A DNA stretch of 56,600 nucleotides from Girardia tigrina (taxonomy: Eukaryota), in contig MQRK01245662.1 in assembly GCA_001938485.1 (NCBI GenBank), positions 17,595-74,194 of the forward strand, given 5' to 3'. Positions 39,251 through 51,920 of the stretch are shown in pieces. How positions within the stretch are numbered: the first letter of the stretch is position 1; every line of letters starts with the position of its first letter. A program made the translations under genes and the position numbers. The notes under the pieces were generated by a model that worked only from the letters and a program-made list of their open reading frames with translations, was not told where the DNA came from and made no database searches.

Positions 39251-39903
39251 AAATACAAATATATATATATAAGAAAGTATTGCGTAATTACGCAATAAGA
39301 TCTGACCCGCCAATGGGAGGGTTAATTTCAATTACACAACACTTCTGTGCGAAATCGCTAATTTTTGTTGCGCAATTGCGGAACATATTGAATATATTCT
39401 AACTTTAAATATTTTAGAAAAATTGTTCGAATATTCATAATTATAAAAACAGAAATAAAATCCATTAGATATGTCAAACGGTGAACGATATTTTGAGAAT
39501 TATGATGACTCTAAATGTGATACTAATAAATTTTCTAATAATAATTGTCTGAACGCTCTCATTATTTATTCTTTTAATAAATTTTGACAGAATGATTTTT
39601 TACTGTCCTGAATCATGTTTCGTAGGGGGAGACTATATGAAAAAAATCTTCCCGACTAACTGTTTATAGGGGATATTTGGAAGATACCATCTCTCTTTTT
39701 ACATGCAATGAAACTTTAAAATGTTCCGCAAAATATACCCGTGTGGTTTTAATAATACTTTTAATGTATATTTTTATAAAATAATTTAAATATAATTTTA
39801 TTATCATTATTTGTATTATTAAAATTGTGAACTATAGTTGTCTTTTTTGTTATTATATTTGTGAATAGTAATTAATTTATCCTTCAATACTAGTGATCCA
39901 TAC

Positions 39904-40266
39904 CGTGATAAAACAGGCTCCTGCAAATGCCACAACAATAGCGACGAAATTGACCGTCAATTGAAACTGGAGAAACTTGGATATTGAATCGTAAACGTTT
40001 CTGCCCCACATGACCGCTTTAACGATACTTGTAAAATTATCATCAGTAAGAATGATGTCTGAAGCTTCTTTAGCAACATCGGTACCGGCGATGCCCATTG
40101 CAAATCCTACATCTGCTTTTTTAAGAGCAGGACCATCATTAGTTCCATCTCCTGTTACAGCAACTACTTCTCTAGAAGGGTTCAAATGACTTGCGATAAT
40201 TCCACTGACTAAAGTATATTTGTCTTGAGGGGAAGAACGAGCGAGTACACGCAAAGACGGCCATAC
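39904..40266 (-). CDS. PMCA: PMCA exon (P domain hinge and TM5)
   Basis: ctag|[17 protein letters not shown]...[38 protein letters not shown]...FLQFQLTVN...CFIT|gtatgg. Confidence 0.98.
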
Positions 40267-40546
40267 CTAGAATTTTAGATAAATAATTGTTAATTGAGTA
40301 TTAATAATATTTTTTATTTTTATTATTTGTTGTTAATTTATTCAAATATAAAGGATACTCACAAATTTAAATTTAAACATTCAAATTATCTTTTATATTT
40401 ATATCAATATAGACTCAACAACAATACATATTATGGTTTAAATGAATGAATAATGATCCTTATTTCATGAAGAGAATAATGATATTATTATCAGATACAT
40501 CCATAAAGCAATCTTCTTTTTGTACTCAAACATTCTTTTAACATAT

Positions 40547-42485
40547 TGTGGTACCGACAGCCGGACCGAATGGCGACGGCCAGCACCGCTTAGACGTGCC
40601 GGGACTTGGTGCCCGAGAAGATCGCCGTATCGGTTTGAGTGCATCGGTGTGTCGATCGGGTCCGGCAACCATCGGTCGATACACCATGGGATGTCGGTCC
40701 TGCAATCGGCTCGCGGCGGTTCCGAGTTGTGTCTCGATCCCACGTGACGATCGGTTCCGTTAAGGTCGACGGTTAGTTCGATCGGTCGATCGATTTGTTT
40801 TTTATCGTTCAAGAAGATGATATCATAACACATCGTTCAAAACACGAAATTATAGACTTTTATTTTATTTCATTTAAAATATTATTCGATCCAACATTAT
40901 TTAAACAATTGTGTGATCAAATATTATTTAAACAAAACTGTAATGTTATTTTGTGTCATATTCGAACACCACATGAGCCCCCCCCCCCGAAGAATGCAGA
41001 GCATGGGGGTTGTTGCATTGTGGAGGGCTGCTGGAAGTAGGAGGGGTTCGAGAATGAATATTCCTCGAAACGCGGTGTGTTGCAGTGTTGTGTTGTTCAT
41101 GTTAAGTTTTGTTGGTTTGTTTGTATGTGTGTTATGTGTAGTGTTGTGGAGGTGTGTTGTGTGGAGTGATTGTTGCGTGATGTTGTTGTTGTTGTAGTGG
41201 TGTGTGGTTTGTTTGTGATCTGTTGCTGTGTGATGTTGTGAATGTGTATTATAGTTGTGTTGATGGTGTGAGGTCGTTCTGCGTATGATCTTCCTTTGAG
41301 ATGGTTTCTCGTGATCTTCGTGACTAATGGGCGCGTTGACATTGTAGCTTTCTTTTTGGGGGAGTTTTTGTTATCCGGTTTTGCCTTGGTTTCGTCCTGG
41401 ATCGAATCTTCCAAGCGCAGACATGGCTTGAGCTTGCAAATATTCACGGTGGCCTCCTTACCAAATTTTAGCTGTGTTGTTATCTAGTGCGATGGTTATG
41501 AGCTTATGTGGTCCTGTGTAGCGACTTTCTAGAGAGTTCGTGGTTTCCTTTTGGAGCCAGCGAACTTTGATGTTGCAAGTTCTTTCGGGTCGAAGATGTG
41601 CTGCCCATCGGGTTTTGGTGATGTTCTGTTGGCTTGCGAAAAGTGTTCACGCGCCGTTTTTAACATCTCATTGTTTCTTGGTGCCCCATTGAAGAATAAC
41701 TCGTCGTTTAGTGAGGTGTTTGAGCCGAAGAGCATTCGTGCGGGCAATGCATATCTGCTATGGGGAAATTTTCTCCAGCCTAGCAAAATGAGTAGTAACT
41801 GCTTCACCCAATTGTGTTTCTGTGCTAACATTCTGAATGAGTTCTTCAGGGTGCGGTGGAACCGTTCTATCAGGCCGTTGGTTTTTTGGTGGTATGCAAT
41901 GTCCTGATTTTCTGGATGCCCAATCGTTTAGTTAGGTCGCTGAATAACTCTGACTCGAATAATAACTTTGACCTGTTCGAATGCTACAATCGACCAAGAT
42001 CTTGAAGTGTTCCAAAAAAGCGGTCCCAATGATTGGTTGTGTCACACCGGAAATGGTGAATGTCTAAGTGAACTGATTTCTCAATTGGGGCAACGTGATA
42101 GTGAGCTGTACAGTGCAGTGCGTGTAGATGGTTGTACCGTTAGTGGTGATGAGGTACTGATGGAGTTGTTTCAAGAGGCACATGAACTTGTGAGGAATAA
42201 TGGAAACAGCGGATCGATACGCCATCGGATGTCGGTCCCGCGATTGGCTCGCGGCTGTTCCGAGTTGTGTCTCGATCCTCACTTGGCGATCGTTTCCATT
42301 TCGGTTGATGGTTTGTTCAATCATTCGATCGATTTGCTTTTTATCTGTCAAGAAGACGATATCATAACACATCGTTCAAAACACGAAATTATAGAGATTT
42401 ATTTTATTTAATTTAAAAAGTTGTGTGATCAAATATTATTTAAACAAAACTGTAATGTTTTTTTGTTTCATATTCGAACACCACA
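40547..42485 (-). mobile_element. Internally deleted Ty3/Gypsy element: partial 5' LTR, protease, integrase, PPT, 3' LTR
   Basis: 3' LTR 40547-40973 (TGTGGT...ACCACA); poly-G PPT on the minus strand at ~40977; integrase AYHQKTNGLIERFHRTLK and RYTGP; protease SAVSIIP...QPIIGTAFL; truncated LTR ~42210-42485; TSD CATAT/CATGT. Confidence 0.92.
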
Positions 42486-43269
42486 CATGTATTAGAATAT
42501 AAATTTGTTTTATGAGTGTAGTCACTCTTATTATTATAGATAAAATCAAATTGGATCTAAAATTTCAATTTCGTTTAATCACAAAAAACAATTCAATCAA
42601 TAAAAAAAATTATTTTAACAAATGGCGTTTACTTTACAAAGAAACTAATTGACTGAATTTAATCGGATATCTTGATTTGATTTGATTACATAAAGACTAA
42701 TTAAAATCAACACTAATATTTATAAATATTCAAATCAATAAATATTAAAAAAAATACATGTATATTTTTATGTATATCAAAAATTCATTTTGTTTTTAAG
42801 GATTATTATATCTTGTATAAAAATGTCTATGTTTAGTTGATTTTCGTCTAATTCTTTTTAAAAAATGCAACTTGTTTTCCAAATCGAAAAACTAACAGTA
42901 AAAGTCAACAATTAACAATGGAGATTCAAGTTTAGATGGAAAACATTGTTTCATTAACATAAGCAAAGTAATAAAAACTTTCGAAAATAACATTCCTATA
43001 TTTAAGGATGTAACAGGAAAACTGTTAATTATTTTTTTTTATTTTGTTATTTAATATAAAAATATAAATAAAATATTTAATATATTTTATAATTTTCAGA
43101 CACACAAAAATGAAATAAAATAGAGAGCGATTGTCAAAATATTTTATGAATAATAATAATAATAATAATCCTAATGTTAGTAACAACACCATTAATCATC
43201 CAGGGGAAATAAATAATTTAGGTGAACGAGATTTTCTGGTTGATCCGATCAGGGAAATATTGATCAGCA

Positions 43270-43343
43270 CTTGTGCTTTTGTCCCATTTGGCCAATCAGA
43301 TCCCGATTTGGCCCATATGTCCCTGCTGCCTGTTGCAAGCCCA
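43270..43343. mobile_element. hAT-like MITE end; second copy in opposite orientation at 44679-44745
   Basis: AATCAGATCCCGATTTGGCCCATATGTCCCTGCTGCCTGTTGCAAGCCC matches the reverse complement of CAGGGCTTGCAACAG... at 44679. Confidence 0.55.
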
Positions 43344-44399
43344 ATTTAAAATTCTGATTTTAATTGATTTGTTTATATTAAACTTGCTTTTCAGTTCATT
43401 AAAACAAAATCATTTTTAATATTCCTGTGAAATCAAAATCGATAAGTCCCAAGCGCTTAATGACTTCATTCACTCCCGGGATTAATATTGGTTTAAATTG
43501 TCTTAGTAATTATTAAAGAGAAGATTTTTGTTTTATTTAGCTGACTATTGATTATAATTAGCCACCGAGCGTTGCAGTTGAACGACACAGAGACAATTAA
43601 TGGGCTTCCCGTTTAAGATCACATTTGCTTTGAGTGCTTTATAATGACGAGTTATACAACTGTAAATTATATAATCCTCCATATCTCTTTACTATTCTTC
43701 TTCTGACGCTCTTCTTGATGTTGTTAGGACGAACTTTCTTCTTCCAATATTTCATATTTTACCAATGATGTGATTCTGATACGAAGGAGCTACGGCTCAT
43801 TCAGAAACAAAGATGACTTGGGAAACAACAATACAATTTCTGCCCTCGATTAACGCCGTACCCACATATGATATTTTATAATAAACGCCAAATTAAATAA
43901 TACAAAAATACTTACAATCATACACAAACAATCAAAAACCGGTATATTTTTTGTGAAGGACAGGTTCACTCTTAAAATTTTTAAAATAATTAATTTTTAT
44001 AAATAATCTCTAAAATAAGGAAATATTTAAAATCAAAAGTTTTCTAAACAATTATAACTAAAACATTAAGTTTAAAATGATAAATATCTTTTGTAAAGTT
44101 AATTACACCAATTCATCTTGTATTTTAAAATTCGTAAATTGTATTTCAAATAATAACAATTGTATTTTAAATTCATAAATTGTATTTCATAAAATGTAGA
44201 CATGTAAAACAAATGAAACGACTAGATAGCTTATCAGTATTTATAATTCCATATTTTTATGTATAAGGAATATGGTCAAAAGAAAACGAAAGTTCCTCAG
44301 AAAAATTGTTTAAATAATTGTTATTTGTGTTATTAAATAAAATTTGGTGTTAATGAATCTTAATTTTGATCAAGAACCCAACAATTTTATTAATTAAAA

Positions 44400-45240
44400 A
44401 GTATTTTATCATGAACTCCTATTTTTATGTAATCCAAGTCACAAATTTCCTCATTCCTATCATCGTCTTCGTCTTATAGGCTGGCTTTCTAGCCGATGTA
44501 TGGTATACCTTCTTGCACTGGGTGCATCAGTTTATCTCGAGCTGATTCTGTGACTTCACTTTTTCTAGTACAATAGATGACGTCAGAATCGGATGAAGTA
44601 ACGCCGCACAATTGAAAAGACTTGAAAATTATTTCTGGCGGCACATTATTCCCTGCTTTTTTATTCATTTTTCTGTCTCAGGGCTTGCAACAGACAGCAG
44701 AGACATATGGGCCAAATCGGGATCTGATTAACCAAATGGGAAAATTACTGGAACACGAGGATTTCCTGAAGGTTTATAGTCAGCTGGTCGACTTTTGTCT
44801 TGTAACCAGTTTTCATAACATTTGTAATACCTGTCTTTGAATGACGTTACATATGAGAAGCTTTCAAAGCATCTTAATTTTCATCATAATGAGTCCCATA
44901 CTAGGAGTCTCTGATGAAAGGCATAGTTACCTCACACCTTGGTAATCCGCATCGTAATGTTGTTCGGTTTAATCAGACTATTTTCAGACAGTTCAATGAT
45001 GACGCCTCATATTCCTTCCAACTCCGTTGGCATTATTTTTCCTTTAAACACGAAAAAAAAGAAAATTTACTTCCATTAGCCGTAGTAGACATTTCCATTT
45101 CTTCATTAATAACTTTACGTTATCATTTTGAGACTTTGCATACTCCAATTGATGCATCGAGATCTGAAAACTTTCCATTGGCTTCCTGTTGTCTCTACTG
45201 GCCAATCCCTTTTTCCTCAACATAAAACTGCGTTGCTAGT
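44400..45240 (-). mobile_element. Decayed pogo/Tigger-like transposase remnant
   Basis: NNVPPEIIFKSFQLCGVTSSD followed by an acidic tail, typical of pogo C-termini; the rest is broken. Confidence 0.5.
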
Positions 45241-45605
45241 GAATGAGTTCCCTTACTTTTTACTTAGCCGACTTATGGTCATATGATCATTTGCTGGAAA
45301 TTCTTTTTTATACAATAAGCCTTAATATTGTGTATTTTTAAACAAATTGTTATTTTCTTAAATAAAAGTTCATTACTTTTAATAAAACAAACGCTTTTTA
45401 TAAATACACAAAGTCATTTATTAAACGTCGAGATATAAAATCTAAATAATACTTTAATTAACAAGCGAAATAAAATTCGAGCTGTCCTGTCACAGATTTT
45501 CAAGAATGTTAAGGAAAATACTTTTAAATGGAAAACTTCATTTTTTTATAAGACAGTATTTTTAAAAGCAAATGTTTACGATTAATAATAGTTTTAGTAG
45601 CTTAC

Positions 45606-45937
45606 TTTATCCATCAATTCTTGTCTCACTTCTCCAGTTTTTGGGCTTCGTATTCTCTGATTAAATTCCTTTCCTTCCAGCACTAAGAAATCATCCCCAG
45701 GTTTGAGAATTCCGCATTTTGTAGCAATTGATCTGGCAGTGTTGACGTTATCACCTGTGACCATTCTCACTGTGATGCCGGCCTTCTGGCACTTTGCAAT
45801 TGCGTTTGGAACTTCTGGACGAACAGGATCTTCAATACCAACAATGGCAATACATGTTAAACCAGAAATCACAAGAGATTCGTTTTCAAAATCGGGTTCT
45901 TCAGTAATTGTTGATTCATTTATGTCGCCGCGACCGT
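45606..45937 (-). CDS. PMCA: PMCA exon (N/P domain)
   Basis: tattag|..GRGDINES...[52 protein letters not shown]...LMDK|gtaagc. Confidence 0.98.
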
Positions 45938-45979
45938 CTAATATATTGTTAAAAATTAAAAATTAGATGAATGAATTAC

Positions 45980-46122
45980 TAAAAATTAAATTTTTATAAG
46001 CTATTCCAATGGTTCTTAACCCATTTGACGCCATAGGTTCTATAACGGTCTGGACGATTCTGTCTTGATCTGCTTTTGTGAAAGGAACTACATTGCCGTT
46101 CGTTGAGACAATGTAAGAGCAC
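45980..46122 (-). CDS. PMCA: PMCA exon (N domain); the 5'-most exon found in this window
   Basis: tatcag|.CSYIVSTNGNVVPFTKADQDRIVQTVIEPMASNGLRTIGIAYKNLIF.|gtaatt; 42-bp intron 45938-45979. Confidence 0.96.
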
Positions 46123-46539
46123 CTGATAAATAAAAAATATTTACCATTTATTAAGATTTATTTTTTTGAAATACACTTCATAAAAGTGACTTTAGCTTAT
46201 TTCATTTTCGATAACAAATATATCATATCACTTTTGGTAACTCGTTTTACAAAAGGAGACATAATATTTAAACTGTGCCTGAGACAACAAAATGTCAAAA
46301 GTTAAGCAAACCAAGAACTTTTTCCTATAATATCATATGCAAAATCATCAAACATTTACACAAGTCAGTTTTGAAATCGCAAAGATGTAAAATAATTTTC
46401 AAAATCAAATTTCTATGGATTTGTATCGATCAGAGAAACTTATAGAAATCGGTTAAATTTAAAAAGTTAATGCTTAATAATGGCAACTGCTTTAACAAAA
46501 ACAATCGCTAAATTTACCAAAACATCTTTAAATAATTAT

Positions 46540-46710
46540 TCCGGAACAGATTCAACATCTACTTCAATTATCCCTTCCCACTTGTTTGGCAGCAGGTCAA
46601 ATCCATCTTAGAAACAATAAACTCTTTTAAGGAGGCCACAAAGTCTTTAAGATGTTTTAAACATTGATCGCGATCCAATTTATCATATTCTGATTAACGA
46701 AAGCGTTTCT
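46540..46710 (-). mobile_element. Mariner transposase C-terminal remnant
   Basis: DQCLKHLKDFVAS...DGFDLLPNKWEGIIEVDVE resembles mariner C-termini. Confidence 0.55.
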
Positions 46711-46907
46711 TTGGGGAAAGTACAGATCAAAAGTACTCTGTACTATCTGATCAATGGCACTTTAAAAGCATTCTGTAAAAGCTTTTAGTTATTACAATCA
46801 AAGTCCGATCTTTAAACTAAGGAATAACTGGTGAGAACATATCGTAATGGTATTTCAAGTATGTTAGTTACGTTAATAAAATATGAACTATAAGTAAGGA
46901 ATAAAAG

Positions 46908-46994
46908 TTAGGTTAGGTTAGGTCTTAAGACCTAAACCCTAACCCTAACCCTAACTCTAACCCTAACCCTAACCCTAACCCTAACCCTAACCCT
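46908..46994. repeat. Interstitial telomeric repeats: (TTAGG)3 head-to-head with (CCCTAA)9
   Basis: Read directly; perfect 18-bp palindrome TTAGGTCTTAAGACCTAA at the junction (46918-46935). Confidence 0.92.
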
Positions 46995-48331
46995 TAAATC
47001 AAACAAATTTCGAAAGAATTTAATAATAATTTCGCTGAATCCAGATATTTCAAAAAAAATTAAAATTATATTAATTTCGTAAAATATATTTTTGACAATT
47101 CGATTTTTACTTATTTTTTTCATTTTTAATTCACTTTTTTATTATTTTACAAATTATGCATTTTAATTCCTTTGGTTTAAATTTATAATTTAATTCATTC
47201 GATTTATTTTTTATTCTTAATTAAAAAAATATATCGCTTACTTTTTATATTAATAATTGGGATTTAAAAATATCAAAATTTTAATTTATTTAATTCTTAC
47301 TTTTAATATCAATTTTCAATTTTTCAGCTATTTAACGTCTATTTTGACCGCTACTCTTTATGATATATAAACTTCATTTATGATTGATTTTTTTGTTTTA
47401 TAAGAGAGATAAAAAAATTAATAAATGATAATCTTTTTATGATTCATTATAAATTTGGGAACTTTCTTATTAAATAAATATATAAAAAACTTTAATTAAC
47501 TTAGATAAAAAGAAGGACAAAGTAATAATTTAGATCACAAAAACAGTTTACGTCTTTTGAAAGAAGCTAATAAATCGAATAATAATCATTTTTAGAAAAT
47601 AATTATTTGACAATGATTCATTGAGTCAATTATTCGAATCGATTTGCCAAGTCATCGGTCAATCAGTGCGTCAGCAGAGATATCGAGGCCAGAAAGAAAT
47701 TCTGAAGTCAAATTGATTGACCAATCAGAGCGAGTATAGTGGACGATTGGATTTAATTATCTCAATTACGAAGTTTTTAAACTCCAGTTTGACAATATTT
47801 TACGATTTGCTGATTTCTGATTAACGATTTTTTTTAATTTTCAATATTTATTGAAATTTTGAATATCTGAATTTTTGTATTCACTTATTTAACTACTGTT
47901 TAGAAATAAAGAATTTTAATTGATTCAACTTTTAACATTTATTGAAAAGATTTATTCTTTAAATATTTTCGGATTTGTCTGTATGAGCTTGAAATTTTAT
48001 TATCGAATATGTCTGAACAAGTGTTTTTGAGTGACAATTTTTATTTTTTTTTCTTTCGATTTGATTATCAACAAATTGATCGTAGTTGTTAAAAATGAAA
48101 ACATAATTATTTAACGAAGTGATAAAATCGAAATTATTGTACAAGTTTATTTATAGAAAATTTTGAGCATTTTTAAATAAATTGTTACGATTTTTTTCTT
48201 TGAAAAGAAAATATTATTTTGTTGTTGATCGAATTTCAATTCTTTTTGAAATCGACTTCGTTTTCTTGATTTGATTATGATTAATGATAAAAATGATGTG
48301 AATTATTTATTGACCACCGAAATTTACGTCT

Positions 48332-49130
48332 GTGAGGAATATGCGGCGTGTAATTGTTTTTTTAGTGTTTAAATGTTGTGTGTTGATTTGGGATTGTGCC
48401 TCTCCTAACCAGATGGATTATCAATATTTTAATTCTTATAATCTGAAACTAATTTATTTAAATTTAGATTTAATATCCAAATTTTGAATTTTTATTATTG
48501 CAACTATTAAATAATTTTATTCATTTTATTTTTGTAAATTTTTAAATAATTAAAATCAAATTAATGTTTAAAAATGACTATAGAAATATTTTATTTAAGC
48601 CAATAAAATTTAAATTAAATATTTTTTAATAAAATAATTTTATCAAGTATAGTTCAGATTATAATGAGAGATATTAAAAATTGAGTGAAAGCAATACTAT
48701 TGATCCTCATAAAGATGATAAGAAATGTGAATGTAATAAATGTTCTGTCAAATGTGAGAGTTCTCTTAACAATGTTAACATATTTTTTGTATGTTTTCTG
48801 TTCAAAACATTTGATATGTTTTCTACCTGATTAAATTATATGTTTGATAGTCCGAACAGATTTTGGTTTCATTTATTCCAGACAATATACACCTTGCCAT
48901 AAAACAATCATGAATTTAATTTTCATGTTTCTCACTTGAAAACAATTAAGTAACCTACAAAAAAAGTCGCATTGATATATCATATAAATATGTTATATTT
49001 TAAAAATTTTTGGGAAAAAGTCTCATGCGATGCATTATTAATTAAAGCGGTTAGTCCAACAACTAATATCCAACCTTGTGACTCATCAACTTTGTCGAAA
49101 GTGTTTACAATGTTAACATATTTTTTTGTC

Positions 49131-49163
<33 letters not shown>

Positions 49164-49260
49164 AGCTTAATAGCTAGGATCAGAAATACCTGATGATGAC
49201 GGATATTCCACCGAAATATATTGTATCAAAAAAAAGTTTTTTTAATTTCAATAGTGTTTG
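48332..49260 (+). mobile_element. Terminus motif copy F joined to PLE endonuclease tail and hammerhead (candidate non-autonomous PLE derivative)
   Basis: GTGAGGAAT at 48332; TGTGCCTCTCCTAACCAGATGG at 48396; YFKNFWEKVSCDALLIKAVSPTTNIQ at ~48996; HHR at 49186. Confidence 0.65.
49186..49226 (+). ncRNA. Minimal hammerhead ribozyme (HHR5)
   Basis: atac-CTGATGA-T-GACGGA tat TCCACC-GAA-ATATAT-T-gtat; 4-bp stem I, stem II partly mismatched. Confidence 0.8.
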
Positions 49261-49769
49261 TTATTTATAATAAAATACATTATTATTTTTAATCTGGCAA
49301 GCAAGATGTTTTCCAAAATATGTTTTTCTTTAATTTTAAATGATTTAATTGAAAATTGCTGAATAACGAAAAATAATCCTTGAGAACTGTCATGTTGATC
49401 TTTATTAGATATTGGAATCGTATTTCCTTTATTTTGTGTCAAAGAGGAGGAGAAATAATACCGGGACAGGAAGAGAGTTAATTGGAAAATAAAAAAACAG
49501 ATCTGAGAAATATAATACATATTTTTACAGTCATTCTGACACTCGTTGAGCGTTTCCTATTTCTTCTAATTTTCTTTGCCAAAATAATTAATGGATCAAA
49601 AAATGAAACAAATTCATAAAAATGGCAATTCTTTCAAATAATCTAAAACGCCATTTAGTAAAGCGCCATTCTGAAAAATTATTAATTTGACACTTTTTTT
49701 CGTAATATATATCTGTGGATATCGTGGCGCAAAATTTTTGGATTTTAAATTAAAACGATTTCCTCTAAT

Positions 49770-51020
49770 TGCAACGGATTATTTTGATTTTCAGTAGTAC
49801 TAATGAAGTTATGGCCTCGTTTGATATTGTAAATCTTTTCATTAATGTTCCTTTGTTGGAGACAATTGATTTATGTTGTGATCTTTGGAAAGCTAATACT
49901 GGTGAGCATGTCAATATCAATGAAATATCTTTTCATGAATTGCTGACTTTTGTAATATTAAGTGAACATTTTCAATGATAATTGGTACAAACAAATTGAT
50001 GGTGTTGATATGAGGTCTGCATTAGCACCAACGCTTTCTTCGTTTTTTTTCGAAAAATAGCATGTAAATTGTATGTTGATAATATTTTTCTTATTTTCAA
50101 AGACCGTAATCATATGTTGCCCTTTCTATCGTATATGAATTCTTTACATCAAAATATTATTGATATTATTCTCAGTTGATTTTCAAAAGAAAGTTTTTTA
50201 CCGTTTTAGATTTGTTAATGAAGATGAAAGGTAGTCATTATGAGACAGAAATTTAGAGAAAGAAGACGGACACTGGGTTATATAAAACTCATAAAAGCCT
50301 TTAGCTAGCTGAGTATGATAAAAGGTTTGAAATATAAATCTTGATCTCTGCCTTCAACATCTGTGAAATCTGATGGTAGAATAAATAAGTTAACCGAACT
50401 TTTGCATATTTATGGCTATTTCAAACCACTTCTTTAAAAAATTAAGAATTGAGACAATAGAAAACTTAATAAATAAAGAATTCTAGAGAAAAGATGAATT
50501 AAAACCCTAAAAAATATCTTACTGAGATTTAGGTATTGGATAAACTTTATTGTTCCCTATTCAACTCGTATTAAAAAACTTAAGTCGTCTATTTAAATTA
50601 CAAAAACTTAAATCAAAATTTATTTAGTAATAAGACTCCAACTCCTTAGTTTGTGTTCCAAACTTGTTTATCAATTTTCTTGTAATCGATGTAGTGCTAC
50701 ATACATTGGAGAGATTTCTCGTCATCTCTGTAAGCGGATTCAGGATCACAGACGATTGGGTAATGATAGCAATATTGCTGGAAGTTTGTAGGTCAGATTT
50801 GACAATAAACAGTTTTAAAATATCGTGCAGTTATTTTAAAAAATATTGGGAAATGGTCTCTTGTGAGGCACATTTGATCAAATCACTTAATCCATCAATT
50901 AATGTCCAAACACGCCTCTTCTCCATTTTGTTGAAAGTATTTAATTAGCTATTACATAAACTGATTTTGAAAATATTGAATGAAGATAGTGAAAATTCCA
51001 CTGAAATATATCGCAAAAAA
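49770..51020 (+). mobile_element. Decayed Penelope-like element (RT plus GIY-YIG endonuclease)
   Basis: MASFDIVNLFINVP, WYKQIDGVDMRSALAP, YVDNIFLIF, RKKTDTGLY, VYQFSCNRCSATYIGEISRHL and EAHLIKSLNPSINVQ in broken frames. Confidence 0.9.
50978..51014 (+). ncRNA. Degenerate minimal hammerhead ribozyme (HHR6)
   Basis: ATGAAGA-T-AGTGAA aat TCCACT-GAA-ATATAT-C-gc, directly after the PLE ORF end; C3 is mutated. Confidence 0.6.
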
Positions 51021-51920
51021 TAGGAAAATTTTAAATTAATACAATTTTCAGATTCAAACTGTGTTTTTGATTAAATTAGTAAGAAGAGCAATTTTTAAAT
51101 ATCGAGTTCCTGCTTAACTCTTATCCATCAACTGAAATAACAAAAGAAGATTTCCCGTTAAACTGAAAGTAAAAAAAAACGTAGAACGAATAATTAATTA
51201 TCTCTTTCAACTAAAATGATAAATGTTTACATTAAATGTTTTCATTCTACAGAAAATTATAATCAAAACAATGTGTAAATAACCATTGAAACCGGAAGGA
51301 GAGAGAAAAGGAAACTTGTGTTCAACCTTTGATGGAAGAAACATTTTTCCCAGTTTTAGAAATCGTGCAGTAATTTTACAAGTACAAATTTTATTTTATT
51401 TTTAATTATAATTCGTAAAACGATCCGTTTGCGTCGATTTTACTGAGACAGTCGGTACTATTAATGGGGAAAAAAGTAAACAAATATTTTTCAAATGAGC
51501 GCATGTTTACATAATCGTCAATATGTCGACGTAGAATGTCCTTTCTTTAAAGAAGAATGTGAATTATTAGTTTGCTGAGAAGCAAATCCTCGCGAGTCTT
51601 CCTGGAGTTGTCCTTTGATTGGTTGTCGAGCTCTTCCTCGGCCTCCCAACCCGAGTGTGTTCGACGTCAGGGGAAAATTTTCTCAAATCTCTCTCAATAC
51701 AGACAAAACCCAAACTTGTTGATATCAAAACTTATAATTTCTAAGCCAATATAAAATTTTCAATTGAATTTCAAATGAATATTTTCATATCTTTCAAAAT
51801 ATTTTTTTTACGAAAATCAATTAAGAAATTATTATTTAATTTTATTTTTAATAATTTAAATCGAAATTTTTATTAAATAAACAAAATTAAAAAATGCCAT
51901 TTTTTGGAAAAAATTTTTTT

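Noticed and set aside
43270-44745. Inverted 50-bp pair as TIRs of one element
   Set aside because: The ends face outward, so they are two separate MITE ends.
46932-47123. ORF ending in RVRVRV repeats
   Set aside because: It is a translation of the telomeric repeat, not a gene.
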